From positions 12,858 through 76,857 of the forward strand of contig DASXCQ010000089.1 of the NCBI GenBank assembly GCA_036491115.1: a DNA stretch of 64,000 nucleotides, read 5' to 3'. Origin of the DNA: Pseudonocardiaceae bacterium (lineage in GTDB: Bacteria; Actinomycetota; Actinomycetes; Mycobacteriales; Pseudonocardiaceae). Of the stretch, positions 44,647 through 53,962 are shown piece by piece; position 1 is the first letter of the stretch, and each line of letters begins with the position of its first letter. Below the pieces are notes generated by a model. It was not told the origin of the DNA and did no database searches. It saw nothing but the letters and a program-made list of their open reading frames with translations. A program made the translations under genes and the position numbers.

Positions 44647-45318
44647 CTGACACCGTTGACCGTGGTTCCGTGTTGGGCAATGATCGTTGGGTGGCGGTCA
44701 GAGTAGCTGCCGCCATCGTCCCCGAATACATCGGCGAGCACGAGCCGGAACCGAGACCTTGTCCTACATTTGTCCATGAATTGTCCACCGGATGTCCAGC
44801 GCGGTTCAGGCGTTGCCGATGACGCAAGCGAGCACATTCGCTGGGCGATGCCGGACCCGGCGCGGACGTTCATGTATTGAGGATCCCCGGTGTGCGTTGG
44901 CCGTGGACCGGCCAAACGGGTGAATACCCTTTCGAAGCCACCGTGACCGCGCGCAACGTAGCGGGCGTCGCAATGCGTTGTACACAATGCGCTACGAGGC
45001 CGTCGAAGGTTCGAGATTCCGGCGCCACGATGTGGTGAGTCTTTGAGGCGCGGGACCGGTCTCTGCGAGCACATTCGGCACACCTGCGGAATTGGATGCG
45101 CTAATCCTGTGCAATGCCCGACGTGTCACTCGCCCAGCGACCGACTCCCACGCACATCCAGCCAACATCACCAGGCGTGATGTCCATACGATGGCTCACC
45201 CAACCCACCGTGCCCGGCAACAAGCCACCCCACGACCAGTTCCACTGCACACCCACCACATCCAACCCAACACCACCGGGCGTGTCATTCGTCCAGCGGG
45301 CGACTCAAGGCAAACCGG

Positions 45319-45353
45319 GCGGACGGCGCAACCGAAGTGGCCGCGCCGTCCGC
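45319..45353 (-). terminator. Stem-loop just downstream of the CMD-family gene
   Basis: Perfect 11-bp stem GCGGACGGCGC / GCGCCGTCCGC with a 13-nt loop, 8 nt beyond the stop codon at 45362-45364. Confidence 0.5.
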
Positions 45354-45361
45354 GGACCCGG

Positions 45362-45823
45362 TCAGAACCACGCCCCGGCCGGCTGCCGGATCGCCGTGTT
45401 CACCCGGTTGAACAGGTTCGTCGTGGCGATCCAGAGGATCAGCGTCGCGACGGCCTTCTCGTCGAAGTGCTTGTTGACCTCGGCCCACAGCTCGTCCGGG
45501 ACGGCGTCCTCGCGCTGCCGGTCGGGCAGCCGGGTCATCACCTCGGCGAGGGCCAGCGCGGCGCGCTCGGCGTCGGTGAAGTACGGCGCCTCGCGCCACG
45601 CGGCCACCGACCACAGCCGCTCGTCGGTCTCCCCCTCCTTCTTGGCGCCGCGCACGCCCATGTCCACGCACAAGCTGCACCCGTTGATCTGGCTGGCCCG
45701 CAGGTGCACCAGGCCCAGGATCGTCCCCGGCACCGAGTCGTTCTGTGCGGCCTTCACCAGTTGCTGAATGGCGGCCGCCGCGTCCGGCAGCAGCTTCCCG
45801 GGGTTGGTCATCCGTGCTTCCAT
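45362..45823 (-). CDS. Carboxymuconolactone-decarboxylase (AhpD-like) family protein
   Basis: HLRASQINGCSLCVDMG (CxxC) and YFTDAERAALALAE. Tandem ATGs at 45826 and 45823 after AGGAGG. Confidence 0.8.
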   Translation of the reverse strand: MEARMTNPGKLLPDAAAAIQQLVKAAQNDSVPGTILGLVHLRASQINGCSLCVDMGVRGAKKEGETDERLWSVAAWREAPYFTDAERAALALAEVMTRLPDRQREDAVPDELWAEVNKHFDEKAVATLILWIATTNLFNRVNTAIRQPAGAWF

Positions 45824-45890
45824 CATTGCCTCCTGTGTCGTTCCGTCACCTCCCTGACGGAACGGGCGGCGCGGATGTGACAGGCGGCCG

Positions 45891-46835
45891 TCACACGATC
45901 CGGTGAGCGATCGCACCGCCGGACAGGGCGCTCACCACGTTCGCCCAGGCCAGCGACACGATCCTGGGCCACGCGTCCGGGCTCAACCCGGCCTGATGCG
46001 GCGTGACCAGCACGTTCGGCATGGCCAGCAACGGGTTGTCCGGTGACGGCGGTTCCACGGCGAGCACGTCCAGGCCGGCACCGGCGATCGCACCCGAGGC
46101 CAGCGCCGCCGCCAGCGCCCGCTCGTCCACCACCGCGCCCCGGCTCACGTTCACCAGCACGGCGGACGGCCGCATCACCGCCAACTCCGCCGCCGCGATC
46201 AACCCCGTCGTCTCCGGCGTCACCGGCACCGCGAGGCACACCACGTCGCTGGACGCCAGCAACTCCGCCAGCGCCACCCGTGTCACGCCAGGAACCTCGG
46301 ACACCACACGGCGGGACGTGTAGACAACCGTGGTGTCGAAGGCCAACGCGCGCCGGGCGATCTCCCGACCGATGCCGCCGAGACCGACGATGCCCACCGT
46401 CCTGCCGCGTAGCTCCCTCGCCGGTGGCGCCGGCCGCCACCCGCCGCTGCGCACCAGGTCGACCTGCGCCGGCAACTGGCGCAGCAGAGCCAGGATCAGC
46501 GCCATCGCGTGTTCGGCGACCGTGCTGGCGTTGGCGGTGCCAATGTTCGCCACCGGGATGCCGGCCGCGGCCAACGCCGGCACGTCCACCGATTCGTAGC
46601 CGGCGCTGAGCAACTGCACCAGTTTCAGTCCGGCGCCGAAGTCGTCCGCGGCGAACGGCCAGCCGGTCACCCATGCGCCGAGCAGCACGTGGACGTCGGC
46701 CAGGGCCGACCGCGCCGCTGCCGGGGTGGCGTCGTTCGCCAGCCAGCGCAACGTGATCCCGTCCGGACAACCGGCGGCGACCAGTTCGTTGACGTCCGGG
46801 AACGGGAACCGCCGGCACAGCACGACATCAGGCAT
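45891..46835 (-). CDS. D-isomer-specific 2-hydroxyacid dehydrogenase family protein
   Basis: GIVGLGGIGREIARR (NAD-binding), VNVSRG and TPHQAG. ATG at 46835. Confidence 0.85.
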   Translation of the reverse strand: MPDVVLCRRFPFPDVNELVAAGCPDGITLRWLANDATPAAARSALADVHVLLGAWVTGWPFAADDFGAGLKLVQLLSAGYESVDVPALAAAGIPVANIGTANASTVAEHAMALILALLRQLPAQVDLVRSGGWRPAPPARELRGRTVGIVGLGGIGREIARRALAFDTTVVYTSRRVVSEVPGVTRVALAELLASSDVVCLAVPVTPETTGLIAAAELAVMRPSAVLVNVSRGAVVDERALAAALASGAIAGAGLDVLAVEPPSPDNPLLAMPNVLVTPHQAGLSPDAWPRIVSLAWANVVSALSGGAIAHRIV

Positions 46836-47532
46836 CCGGCGACTCCGCATGGCCCAGGGCGTCCTCGGCCCAGCCGATGCGGCGCGGGTGCAAGTGGTAT
46901 TCCTTGGCCAGCCGCACCGCGTCGCGCAGCAACGTGATCGCCTCGTCCCGGTGGCCGAACTCCAGGTGGGCCTCACCGAGCGCGACGATGCCGGACGGGA
47001 TCCAGCGCGGATCACCGTGCCTGTCGCGCAGTTGCCGGGAGATCGTCAACTGGGCGATCGCCTGCTCCGGCTGGGCGTCGCGGACCAGGTAGTAGAAGCC
47101 GACGTGCCGGTGGACCTCGGACCGGGTCAGGTCGTCGGCGTGCGGGTCGGCGAGTTCCAGTGCCTCCCACAGGAACGGCATCGCCGTGTCCCAGTCGCCG
47201 CGCAACACGTGGTGCGCCACCGCGATCCCGAACAATGCGCCGGCCGCACCGCCCTGGTCGCCGGTCTCCCGCCGGATCGCCAGCGCACGCCGGAACAGAT
47301 CCAGCTCCTCTTCGACGTGCGTGGCGTCGACTCCCCTGTCCAGCGCCTGGAAATGGGACAGCCAACCGAGCCGATCCAGTACGTCGGCCTCGGTCGCACT
47401 GTCGTCACCCACCTGCTCCAGGGCTCGCCGCAGCAGGGTTTCCGCCTCGGCGTAGTCGCTGGTGCGGAACGCGGCCTCCATCAGCGCCTCATTGCCGGCC
47501 GCCAGTAGGTCACGAGTGGGATGATCAGTCAT
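46828..47532 (-). CDS. Tetratricopeptide-repeat protein
   Basis: Repeated A-x-x-x-L-x-x-A-L helical pairs (LLRRALEQ, LFRRALAIRRETGDQGG, FLWEALELA, LLRDAVRLAKE). The stop overlaps the downstream start by 8 nt. Confidence 0.7.
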   Translation of the reverse strand: MTDHPTRDLLAAGNEALMEAAFRTSDYAEAETLLRRALEQVGDDSATEADVLDRLGWLSHFQALDRGVDATHVEEELDLFRRALAIRRETGDQGGAAGALFGIAVAHHVLRGDWDTAMPFLWEALELADPHADDLTRSEVHRHVGFYYLVRDAQPEQAIAQLTISRQLRDRHGDPRWIPSGIVALGEAHLEFGHRDEAITLLRDAVRLAKEYHLHPRRIGWAEDALGHAESPDA

Positions 47533-47543
47533 AGGATCACCGT

Positions 47544-47780
47544 ATGGCAGGGCGTTGGCGTGTGGCGATGGCGGCCGGCGGGGCGTTCGTCGCGGTGGCC
47601 GGGATGGGCATCGGACTGGCAGCGGCGCACGGCGGTTCCGGCGCGGCCACACCGGGATCGGCCACACCGGGATCGGCCACGCCGATGGTCGCTTACGGTG
47701 GCCCGCTGGTGTACCGGCTGACCAGTCCGCCGAAGATCGTCCACGTGGACCCCGGCCCCAAGGTCCTGCCCACCACGTAG
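47544..47780 (+). CDS. Possible 78-aa secreted or membrane-anchored protein containing a (A)TPGS tandem repeat
   Basis: AGGA lies 9 nt before the ATG. Signal-like AAGGAFVAVAGMGIGLAAA. High GC3. No family recognised. Confidence 0.4.
   Translation: MAGRWRVAMAAGGAFVAVAGMGIGLAAAHGGSGAATPGSATPGSATPMVAYGGPLVYRLTSPPKIVHVDPGPKVLPTT
47645..47686 (+). repeat. 15-bp tandem repeat GGCCACACCGGGATC, about 2.8 copies
   Basis: Copies at 47645-47659 and 47660-47674 are identical. 47675-47686 is a diverged partial copy. Confidence 0.85.
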
Positions 47781-47785
47781 TCGGG

Positions 47786-48439
47786 TCAGCAGAGTCCGGC
47801 GTCGTGCACCATGAGCGCGATCTGGGTGCGATTGTCCAGGCCGAGTTTGGCCAGGATGCGGGTGATGTGCGCCTTCACGGTGGCCACGGCGAGGAACAGC
47901 TCACCGGCAATCTCCGCGTTCGACCGGCCCCGACCCACCGCGACGGCCACATCGTGCTCGCGCGGGTTGAGCGCGACCAGCGCGGTGCTGGCCCGTTCGT
48001 GCGCGCCCGCATCGGTGGCGGCACGGTCCATCAGGCGCCGGGTGATCGTCGGCGACAGGATCGGGTCGCCCACCGCGACCCTGCGGATGGCGTCGGCGAT
48101 CTGTGCGGGCGGGCAGTCCTTGAGCAGGAACCCGCTGGCACCGGCACGCAGGGCGCGCAGCACGTTCTCGTCGGTGTCGAACGTGGTCAGCACGATCACC
48201 TCGGGCGGCTGCGACCGGGCCCGCACCCGCCGGGTCGCGACGATGCCGTTGACCTTCGGCATCCGGATGTCCATCAGCACCACGTCGGCGGTGTGCGCGT
48301 CCAGCGCGGCGGGCACGTGCTCGCCGTCGCTGGCCTCGCCGACCACGGCGAGGCCGGCCGCGCCGTCCAGCATCATGGTCAGCCCGGCCCGCACCAGCGC
48401 GTCGTCGTCCACGACGAGTACCCGGATGGTGTCGGTCAC
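47786..48439 (-). CDS. NarL/LuxR-family response regulator (canonical receiver)
   Basis: RVLVVDDDALV, VVLMDIRMPKVNG, VIVLTTFD and GFLLKD. LuxR HTH SNAEIAGELFLAVATVKAHI. GTGA overlap with the kinase stop. Confidence 0.9.
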   Translation of the reverse strand: MTDTIRVLVVDDDALVRAGLTMMLDGAAGLAVVGEASDGEHVPAALDAHTADVVLMDIRMPKVNGIVATRRVRARSQPPEVIVLTTFDTDENVLRALRAGASGFLLKDCPPAQIADAIRRVAVGDPILSPTITRRLMDRAATDAGAHERASTALVALNPREHDVAVAVGRGRSNAEIAGELFLAVATVKAHITRILAKLGLDNRTQIALMVHDAGLC

Positions 48440-49623
48440 GCCGGCCACGGTAGCCAGGCACGGAGGTGGAACTCGTCCGAGGTGGCCCGGTGGTCCAGTT
48501 GCCCGCCGGCCAGCCGGACCCGCTCGGTCAGCCCGACCAGGCCGGCACCGGAACCGGGGATCGCCGAGTCGGTGCCCAGCGCGTTGCGCACGTCGATCAC
48601 CAGCCGGGCGCCGGGCTCGCCGTCCAGGGCGATGCGGACCGGCTGGCCGGGTGCGTGCTTGCGGGCGTTGGTCAGCGCCTCCTGGACCACGCGGTAGGCG
48701 GTGCGGCCGGTCACGCCGGGCAACGCCGCCGGGTCGGCCAGACCGTCCCGCACCTCGACCGGTGTCCCGACCGCCCGCGACTCCTCGACCAGCACCGGGA
48801 GGTCGGCCAGGGCGGGCACCGGCGGGGCGGTCCCGTCGGCGCTCTCCGAGCCGTCGCGGAGTACGGAGATCACGTCCCGCAGCTCATCGAGTGCCTGGTG
48901 GACGGTCGTCCGGATCACCCCGGCCGCCATGGACAGCCGCTCCGGCGCCATGTCCGGCCGGTACTCCAGGGCACCCGCGTAGGTGGCGAGCAGGGACAGC
49001 CGGTGGGCCAGCACGTCGTGCATCTCGCGGGCGATCCGCGCGCGTTCCGCGAGCCGCGCCTCGGCCACCCGCCTGCCCTGCTCGGCCTCGGCCCGCTCGG
49101 CCCGTTCGCGCAGCGACTCGATCAGTGCCGCCCGCGCCTGGGCCAGCGCGCCCCACCCGATCAGGGCCGCGTGCCCGAACGCCACCAGCACCAGCCACCA
49201 CACGTAGGACAGCCCGGTCACCGGCCACCACAGGCCCCGGATCGCGTGCGCCGCGATCCCGGCCACGCCGACCCCCACGGCTACCCGGAACGGCCGCCGC
49301 GTGGACACCGCCAGCAGGCCGATGCTCACCGCGGGCGTCGCCGTGCCGGCCACCGCGGCCAGCACGATCACCGCCAGCGTGACCGGTACCGGCCGGGTCA
49401 GGACCATCGACATCAGGCCGCACGCGACCACCCCGACCACCAGTTCGAGCAGCACCAGGCTGTGGGCGGTGCCGGAGAAGTAGTCTCCGGCCAGCGTGCC
49501 CACCGCGCCGGCCGCCGCCGCGCTGACGACGGTGACGCTCCACCGGCCACCACACCACATCCACCGCACGAAAACCGAGCGTACGGGCCGGTCAGCGGTC
49601 CGCACAGCGACCAAAGTCGACAT
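48436..49623 (-). CDS. Membrane sensor histidine kinase (HisKA_3 type)
   Basis: TM-rich N-terminus, H-box ERARIAREMHDVLAHRLS, then EALTNARKHA and GSGAGLVGL. Confidence 0.85.
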   Translation of the reverse strand: MSTLVAVRTADRPVRSVFVRWMWCGGRWSVTVVSAAAAGAVGTLAGDYFSGTAHSLVLLELVVGVVACGLMSMVLTRPVPVTLAVIVLAAVAGTATPAVSIGLLAVSTRRPFRVAVGVGVAGIAAHAIRGLWWPVTGLSYVWWLVLVAFGHAALIGWGALAQARAALIESLRERAERAEAEQGRRVAEARLAERARIAREMHDVLAHRLSLLATYAGALEYRPDMAPERLSMAAGVIRTTVHQALDELRDVISVLRDGSESADGTAPPVPALADLPVLVEESRAVGTPVEVRDGLADPAALPGVTGRTAYRVVQEALTNARKHAPGQPVRIALDGEPGARLVIDVRNALGTDSAIPGSGAGLVGLTERVRLAGGQLDHRATSDEFHLRAWLPWPA

Positions 49624-49700
49624 CGGGGGCACCGGGAGTCGACCCGGCAGGCGACCCGCGATCGATGTGCCGGTGGCACTCGGCGGCCACGCTGACCGGC

Positions 49701-50237
49701 ATGAGCGAAACAGTGATGACGACCGGTTCGGTGACCGTTCCGCGGGCCGGCGACTACCGCATCGACCCGCGCCACTCGAGCGTCACGTTCACCACCCGGC
49801 ACCTGTTCGGCCTGGGCGGGGTGCGCGGTGGCTTCGCCCTCCGGGAGGGGCACGTCCACGTGGCCGCGGACGTGACCCGGTCGACCGTGCACACGGTGAT
49901 CTCGGCCGCCAGCGTGGACACCGGTAACCCGGCTCGGGACACGGCGGTCCGGTCCACCGGCTTCCTGCACACCGAGCGGCACCCGGACATCGCGTTCGTG
50001 TGCGACCACGTGGAGCGGGTGGACGGCGGGTGGGTGCTGCGCGGATCGCTGAAGGTGTGCGGCCACGCCCAGCCGCTGGACGTCCGGGTCGAGTCGGCGC
50101 GGACCGAGGGCGGCCGGCTGGTGGTGAACGCGACCTGCCGGGTGGACCGGTTCGCGTTCGGCGTGACCGCCGCCAGGCTGATGGCCGCCCGCCACCTCAC
50201 CGTCAACCTGGCGATCGTCGCGGTACCGGCCGCCTGA
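49701..50237 (+). CDS. YceI-family protein
   Basis: YRIDPRHSSVTFTTRHLFGLGGVRG...SVDTGNPARD...LKVCG. Confidence 0.8.
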   Translation: MSETVMTTGSVTVPRAGDYRIDPRHSSVTFTTRHLFGLGGVRGGFALREGHVHVAADVTRSTVHTVISAASVDTGNPARDTAVRSTGFLHTERHPDIAFVCDHVERVDGGWVLRGSLKVCGHAQPLDVRVESARTEGGRLVVNATCRVDRFAFGVTAARLMAARHLTVNLAIVAVPAA

Positions 50238-50240
50238 CTG

Positions 50241-51233
50241 TCACGGGCGCAGCACGGCGGCGCCGGACACCTGCCCGGCGGCCAGGTCGGCCAGGGCGCG
50301 GTCGGCCTGCTCCAGCGGGTAGGGCGTGGTGGTCACGGCCAGGTGGTGGTGGCCGGCGAACTCGAGGAACGCGGTGGCGTCGGCCCTCGTGTTGGCCGTG
50401 ACACTGCGCAATGTCCGCTCCTGGAACAGGTGGCGCTGGTAGTTCAGCGTCGGGATGTCGGACAGGTGGATGCCCGCGATGGCCAGCGTGCCACCCCGGT
50501 CCAGCGCGGCCAGTGCCGGCAGCACCAGGTCGCCGACCGGTGCGAACAGGATCGCCGCGTCCAGCGGTTCCGGCGGCGGATCGTCGGCGCCACCGGCCGA
50601 GGCCGCGCCCAGGTCGAGCGCCAGTTTCCTGGCCCGGGCGCTGCGGGTCAGCACGTGCACGGTGGCGCCCTTGGCCAGCGCCACCTGGGCGGCCAGGTGC
50701 GCGCTGGCACCGAACCCGTAGACGCCCAACCGGCCGCCTGCCGGCAGTTCGGCCAGCACCAGTGCCCGGTAGCCGATGATTCCGGCGCACAGCAGTGGCG
50801 CCAGTTCGTCCGGCGTGTAGCCGGAGGGCAGGCGGTGTGCGTAGTCGGAGGGGACGACGGTGTACTCGGCGTACCCGCCGTCCTCGTCCCACCCGGTGTA
50901 GCGGGACTCGGGGCACAGGTTCTCGCTGCCCCGCAGGCAGTAGCGGCACCGGCCGCAGGTGTACCGCAGCCACGCGACTCCCACCAGGTCACCGGCGCGG
51001 AATCCGCTACAACCCCCGTCGACCACCTCGCCGACCACCTCGTGGCCGGGCACGACACCCGCGCGATGGGTGGGCAGGTCGCCCTCGGTCACGTGCAGGT
51101 CGGTCCGGCACACGCCGCAGGCCACCACCCGCACCAGCAGTTCACCCGGCGCCGGTTCGGGCATCGGCAGCGTCCTGGAGCGCAGCGGACGCGTGTCGAC
51201 CGGACCGGGCCGCTCCACCCGCCACCCGCGCAT
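50241..51233 (-). CDS. Zinc-dependent alcohol dehydrogenase (alternative start ATG at 51293)
   Basis: [39 protein letters not shown] and [11 protein letters not shown]. Confidence 0.85.
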   Translation of the reverse strand: MRGWRVERPGPVDTRPLRSRTLPMPEPAPGELLVRVVACGVCRTDLHVTEGDLPTHRAGVVPGHEVVGEVVDGGCSGFRAGDLVGVAWLRYTCGRCRYCLRGSENLCPESRYTGWDEDGGYAEYTVVPSDYAHRLPSGYTPDELAPLLCAGIIGYRALVLAELPAGGRLGVYGFGASAHLAAQVALAKGATVHVLTRSARARKLALDLGAASAGGADDPPPEPLDAAILFAPVGDLVLPALAALDRGGTLAIAGIHLSDIPTLNYQRHLFQERTLRSVTANTRADATAFLEFAGHHHLAVTTTPYPLEQADRALADLAAGQVSGAAVLRP

Positions 51234-51425
51234 CGTCCCCGGTTGCCGGCCGACCACCGGGCCCGCGGCCGCGTGCGCGGCCACGTCAGTCATGTGTTGA
51301 GCCGTGTCCGGGGCCGCTGGGGAGCCGGCCGCCGCGGTTCGCGTGCATGGGACCTCCATCCGTTCGTCCCGGCGGCCTGTGGTCGGGCCGTCACCCCGAT
51401 TGTGACGCCCACGGACGGATTCGGC

Positions 51426-52787
51426 TCAGCAACGGGCGAGCTGAATTCCGGTGGCCGCGTGCGGATCGAGGGCGGCGGCGACGGCCACGGTCTCGACCTC
51501 GCGGACGAACGCCTCGGTGTCGTCCGGCGACAGCAGGTGTGAGTCGACGGGTACCCAGATCTCGGTGGTGTCCGGTACGTCGTTGACGTGGCAGAAGAAC
51601 CGTTCCCCGGTCCGTTCGGTCTGCTGCCGCCAGTGCAGCGAGCTGAGCGGCAGCGCGTCGCGGATGTCGTGCGCGGTGGGCGGCGGATCAGTGACGTCGC
51701 GGCGGGCGCCGGTTCTGCGGTCGTTGAAGATGCAGCCGATGTCGATGTCCTCGCCCTGGGCCCGGCCCAGGTCGGCGAGCAACTCGTCGTGCCGGATCGG
51801 GTCGTAGTAGGCGTTCCTGTAGGCGCCCAGCGCGCTCTGCCACGCCCGGACGGCCGCCTCCTCGAAGGTGATGTCCGCGACGTCGATCACCTACAGTCCA
51901 TTCTGGACGACCGTGCTGACCACGTCGGCGAGCACCGGCCGGAACCGGTTGCCCACGGCGAGTTGGGTGACGACCGGGTTCTGCCCGGTGACCCTGGCCA
52001 GCGCCACCGCGTAGGCGGCGAGCAGCACGGCCGACGTGTCCAGCGCGGTGCGGGCCGCGATCGCCTGCACGGCCAGGTAGGTGGCGCGTGAGGTGAACCG
52101 GGCCTCCCGGTAGCGCGGTGTCCTGCGGTCGGCGGCCGGGGCGAAGCGGCGGGCCGGGATGTCGCGCAGCAGTCCGGCCCAGTGGCGCAGGGTCCGGTCG
52201 GTGTGCCGGCGGCCGGCCGGGCCGCGCTGCCAGTCGGTCAGCTCCAGCGGCTGGGCGGCGGTGACCGGGTCGCCGGTGACCATGTTGACCAGGTCGGCGA
52301 TCAGCGCGTCGGCGCCGCCGCCGTCCAGGGCGAGGTGGCAGTACAGCGCCACCACATGGGTGAGCGCGCCCCGGTGCCGGACCACGGCCATCCGCACCGG
52401 CCACTCGTTGGCGTAGTCGAACTCGGTGTCGTGGTAGCGGGTACGCAGGTCGGCGGCGACGGCGGCCGGATCGTCGTCGTCGGCCGCGTCGACGACCTCC
52501 AGCGGCACCTCGCCCTCGCCGGCCACCGCCTGGCGGGTGTGGCCGTCGTCGTCGAACACCAGGCGGGTGCGCAGTGACTGGTGGCGGCCCATGACGAACC
52601 GCAGCCCGTCCGCGACGCCGGCCACCGTCGCGCCGGGCGGCAGCGGCAGCGGGCCGCCCACCCCCATCGAACAGCGCTGTTGGCGGATCGCCCGCCAGAT
52701 CCCGAGTTGGCCCCAGGTCAGTTCGCCGACACCGGAACCGCGTCCCTCGAACGGGACCAGCACCCGCTCCACCATGGCTGTCTCCAC
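51426..52787 (-). pseudogene. Stand-alone condensation-domain (NRPS C / PapA-like) gene interrupted by one in-frame TAG at 51891-51893
   Basis: ORFs 51891..52787 and 51426..51890 are in the same frame (1362 nt in total). The junction reads ...VVQNGL-TAG-VIDVADITFEE. Active-site-like YCHLALDGGG (HHxxxDG variant). Confidence 0.7.
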
Positions 52788-53058
52788 ACAGTTTCCGCAT
52801 ACCGAAACCAGCTCGGGGATCGTAGGTTCGGTGTCCCGGACCCGGCCACGCTGACCTGAATCGATGTCAGCTTCGGCGGATCACCCCTGGAAGCCCTGCC
52901 GGCGGCCGGTCGGGCGGCATGTAACGTTCACTCCTCCGGGTGGTGGCACCGGCCACACCGGCGGAACCGGTGGGACACACGGCACGTCTCCCGGAATGGC
53001 GGTGTGAGACGTCCCGTTACGCTCGCCGCCGAACTTCACGGCGAGATGAGGATGATCA

Positions 53059-53952
53059 GTGCGTGCTGTGGTGAACCGGCGGATCGGGATCCTGGTCACG
53101 CTCGGTCTCGTGCTGGCCGGTTGCGGCCCGATCACGCAGTTGCAGGGCTCGCCCAGCCCGGCGGTCCGGCTGACGCCGACGACCCGTCCGCCGGCACCGA
53201 CCACCACGACGACCACACCACCGCCGACCACGACCCCGACGCCCACCATCAACTTCACCCCGGCGGTGGCCGAGGCGGTGAAGTCGGTGTCCGACGGTGA
53301 GCTCTCGCTGGCCGTCTACGACCGCTCCACCCACCACATGGTCGTCTCGTACCACGACGAGCAGCCCTACTACACCGAGTCGGTGGTCAAGCTGCTGGTC
53401 GGGCTGGACAGCCTGGACAAGGGCGGCAGCACCAGCAAGGTGACCGAGATGCTGGAGCGCAGCGACGACAACACCGCCACCAGCCTGTGGGACGCCGACG
53501 GCGGCAAGGCGATCGTGACCAGGATGGCGGCCAAGATCGGCCTGCACCACACCACGCCGCCCAAGTCCCTGCTGTGGGGCGACACCCGGACCACGGCCGG
53601 CGACCTGGTGGACCTGTACCTGTACATCCTGGACGACGCGCCGGCCAGTGAGCGGGACGCGGTGGTGAACGCACTGCGCCACGCCACGAACATCGCCGCC
53701 GACCACACCGACCAGTACTTCGGCATCCCCTACGCGGTGGGCCACCGGGCGCCGTGGGCGGTCAAACAGGGCTGGGCGTGCTGCGAACCCGGTTGGGTGC
53801 TCAACACCACCGGCCTGGTCGGCGACGACAACAAGTACATCGTCATCGCGCTGACCTCGCACGACAACGGCGGCGGTTCCTCGGTCCGCGCCATCGACAG
53901 CGACCAACTGACCAAGGCCATCGAGGCGCTCCTGCCCGACCTGGTCGCGTAA
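53059..53952 (+). CDS. Lipoprotein, class A beta-lactamase-like serine hydrolase
   Basis: Lipobox LVLAGCG. Thr/Pro-rich linker. YYTESVVKL (SxxK) and RSDDNTAT (SDN-like). Confidence 0.75.
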   Translation: MRAVVNRRIGILVTLGLVLAGCGPITQLQGSPSPAVRLTPTTRPPAPTTTTTTPPPTTTPTPTINFTPAVAEAVKSVSDGELSLAVYDRSTHHMVVSYHDEQPYYTESVVKLLVGLDSLDKGGSTSKVTEMLERSDDNTATSLWDADGGKAIVTRMAAKIGLHHTTPPKSLLWGDTRTTAGDLVDLYLYILDDAPASERDAVVNALRHATNIAADHTDQYFGIPYAVGHRAPWAVKQGWACCEPGWVLNTTGLVGDDNKYIVIALTSHDNGGGSSVRAIDSDQLTKAIEALLPDLVA

Positions 53953-53962
53953 CCTGCGCCGG

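Noticed and set aside
45008-45020. GGTTCGAGATTCC, resembling a tRNA T-arm (possible tRNA or att site at the island edge)
   Set aside because: The flanking bases cannot form a 5-bp T-stem. I could build no acceptor stem, anticodon arm or CCA context by eye. tRNAscan-SE or Aragorn should still be run.
41178-45361. Search for integrase, transposase, IS ends or flanking direct repeats that would define the low-GC cassette as a mobile element
   Set aside because: I recognised no recombinase-like ORF in any frame and found no convincing terminal repeats by eye. I therefore do not call a mobile_element feature. Compositional evidence for horizontal origin remains.
47645-47686. Short tandem repeat considered as a possible CRISPR or minisatellite
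   Set aside because: There are only about 2.8 contiguous copies with no spacers. The repeat is in frame within an ORF, and no cas genes are in the window.
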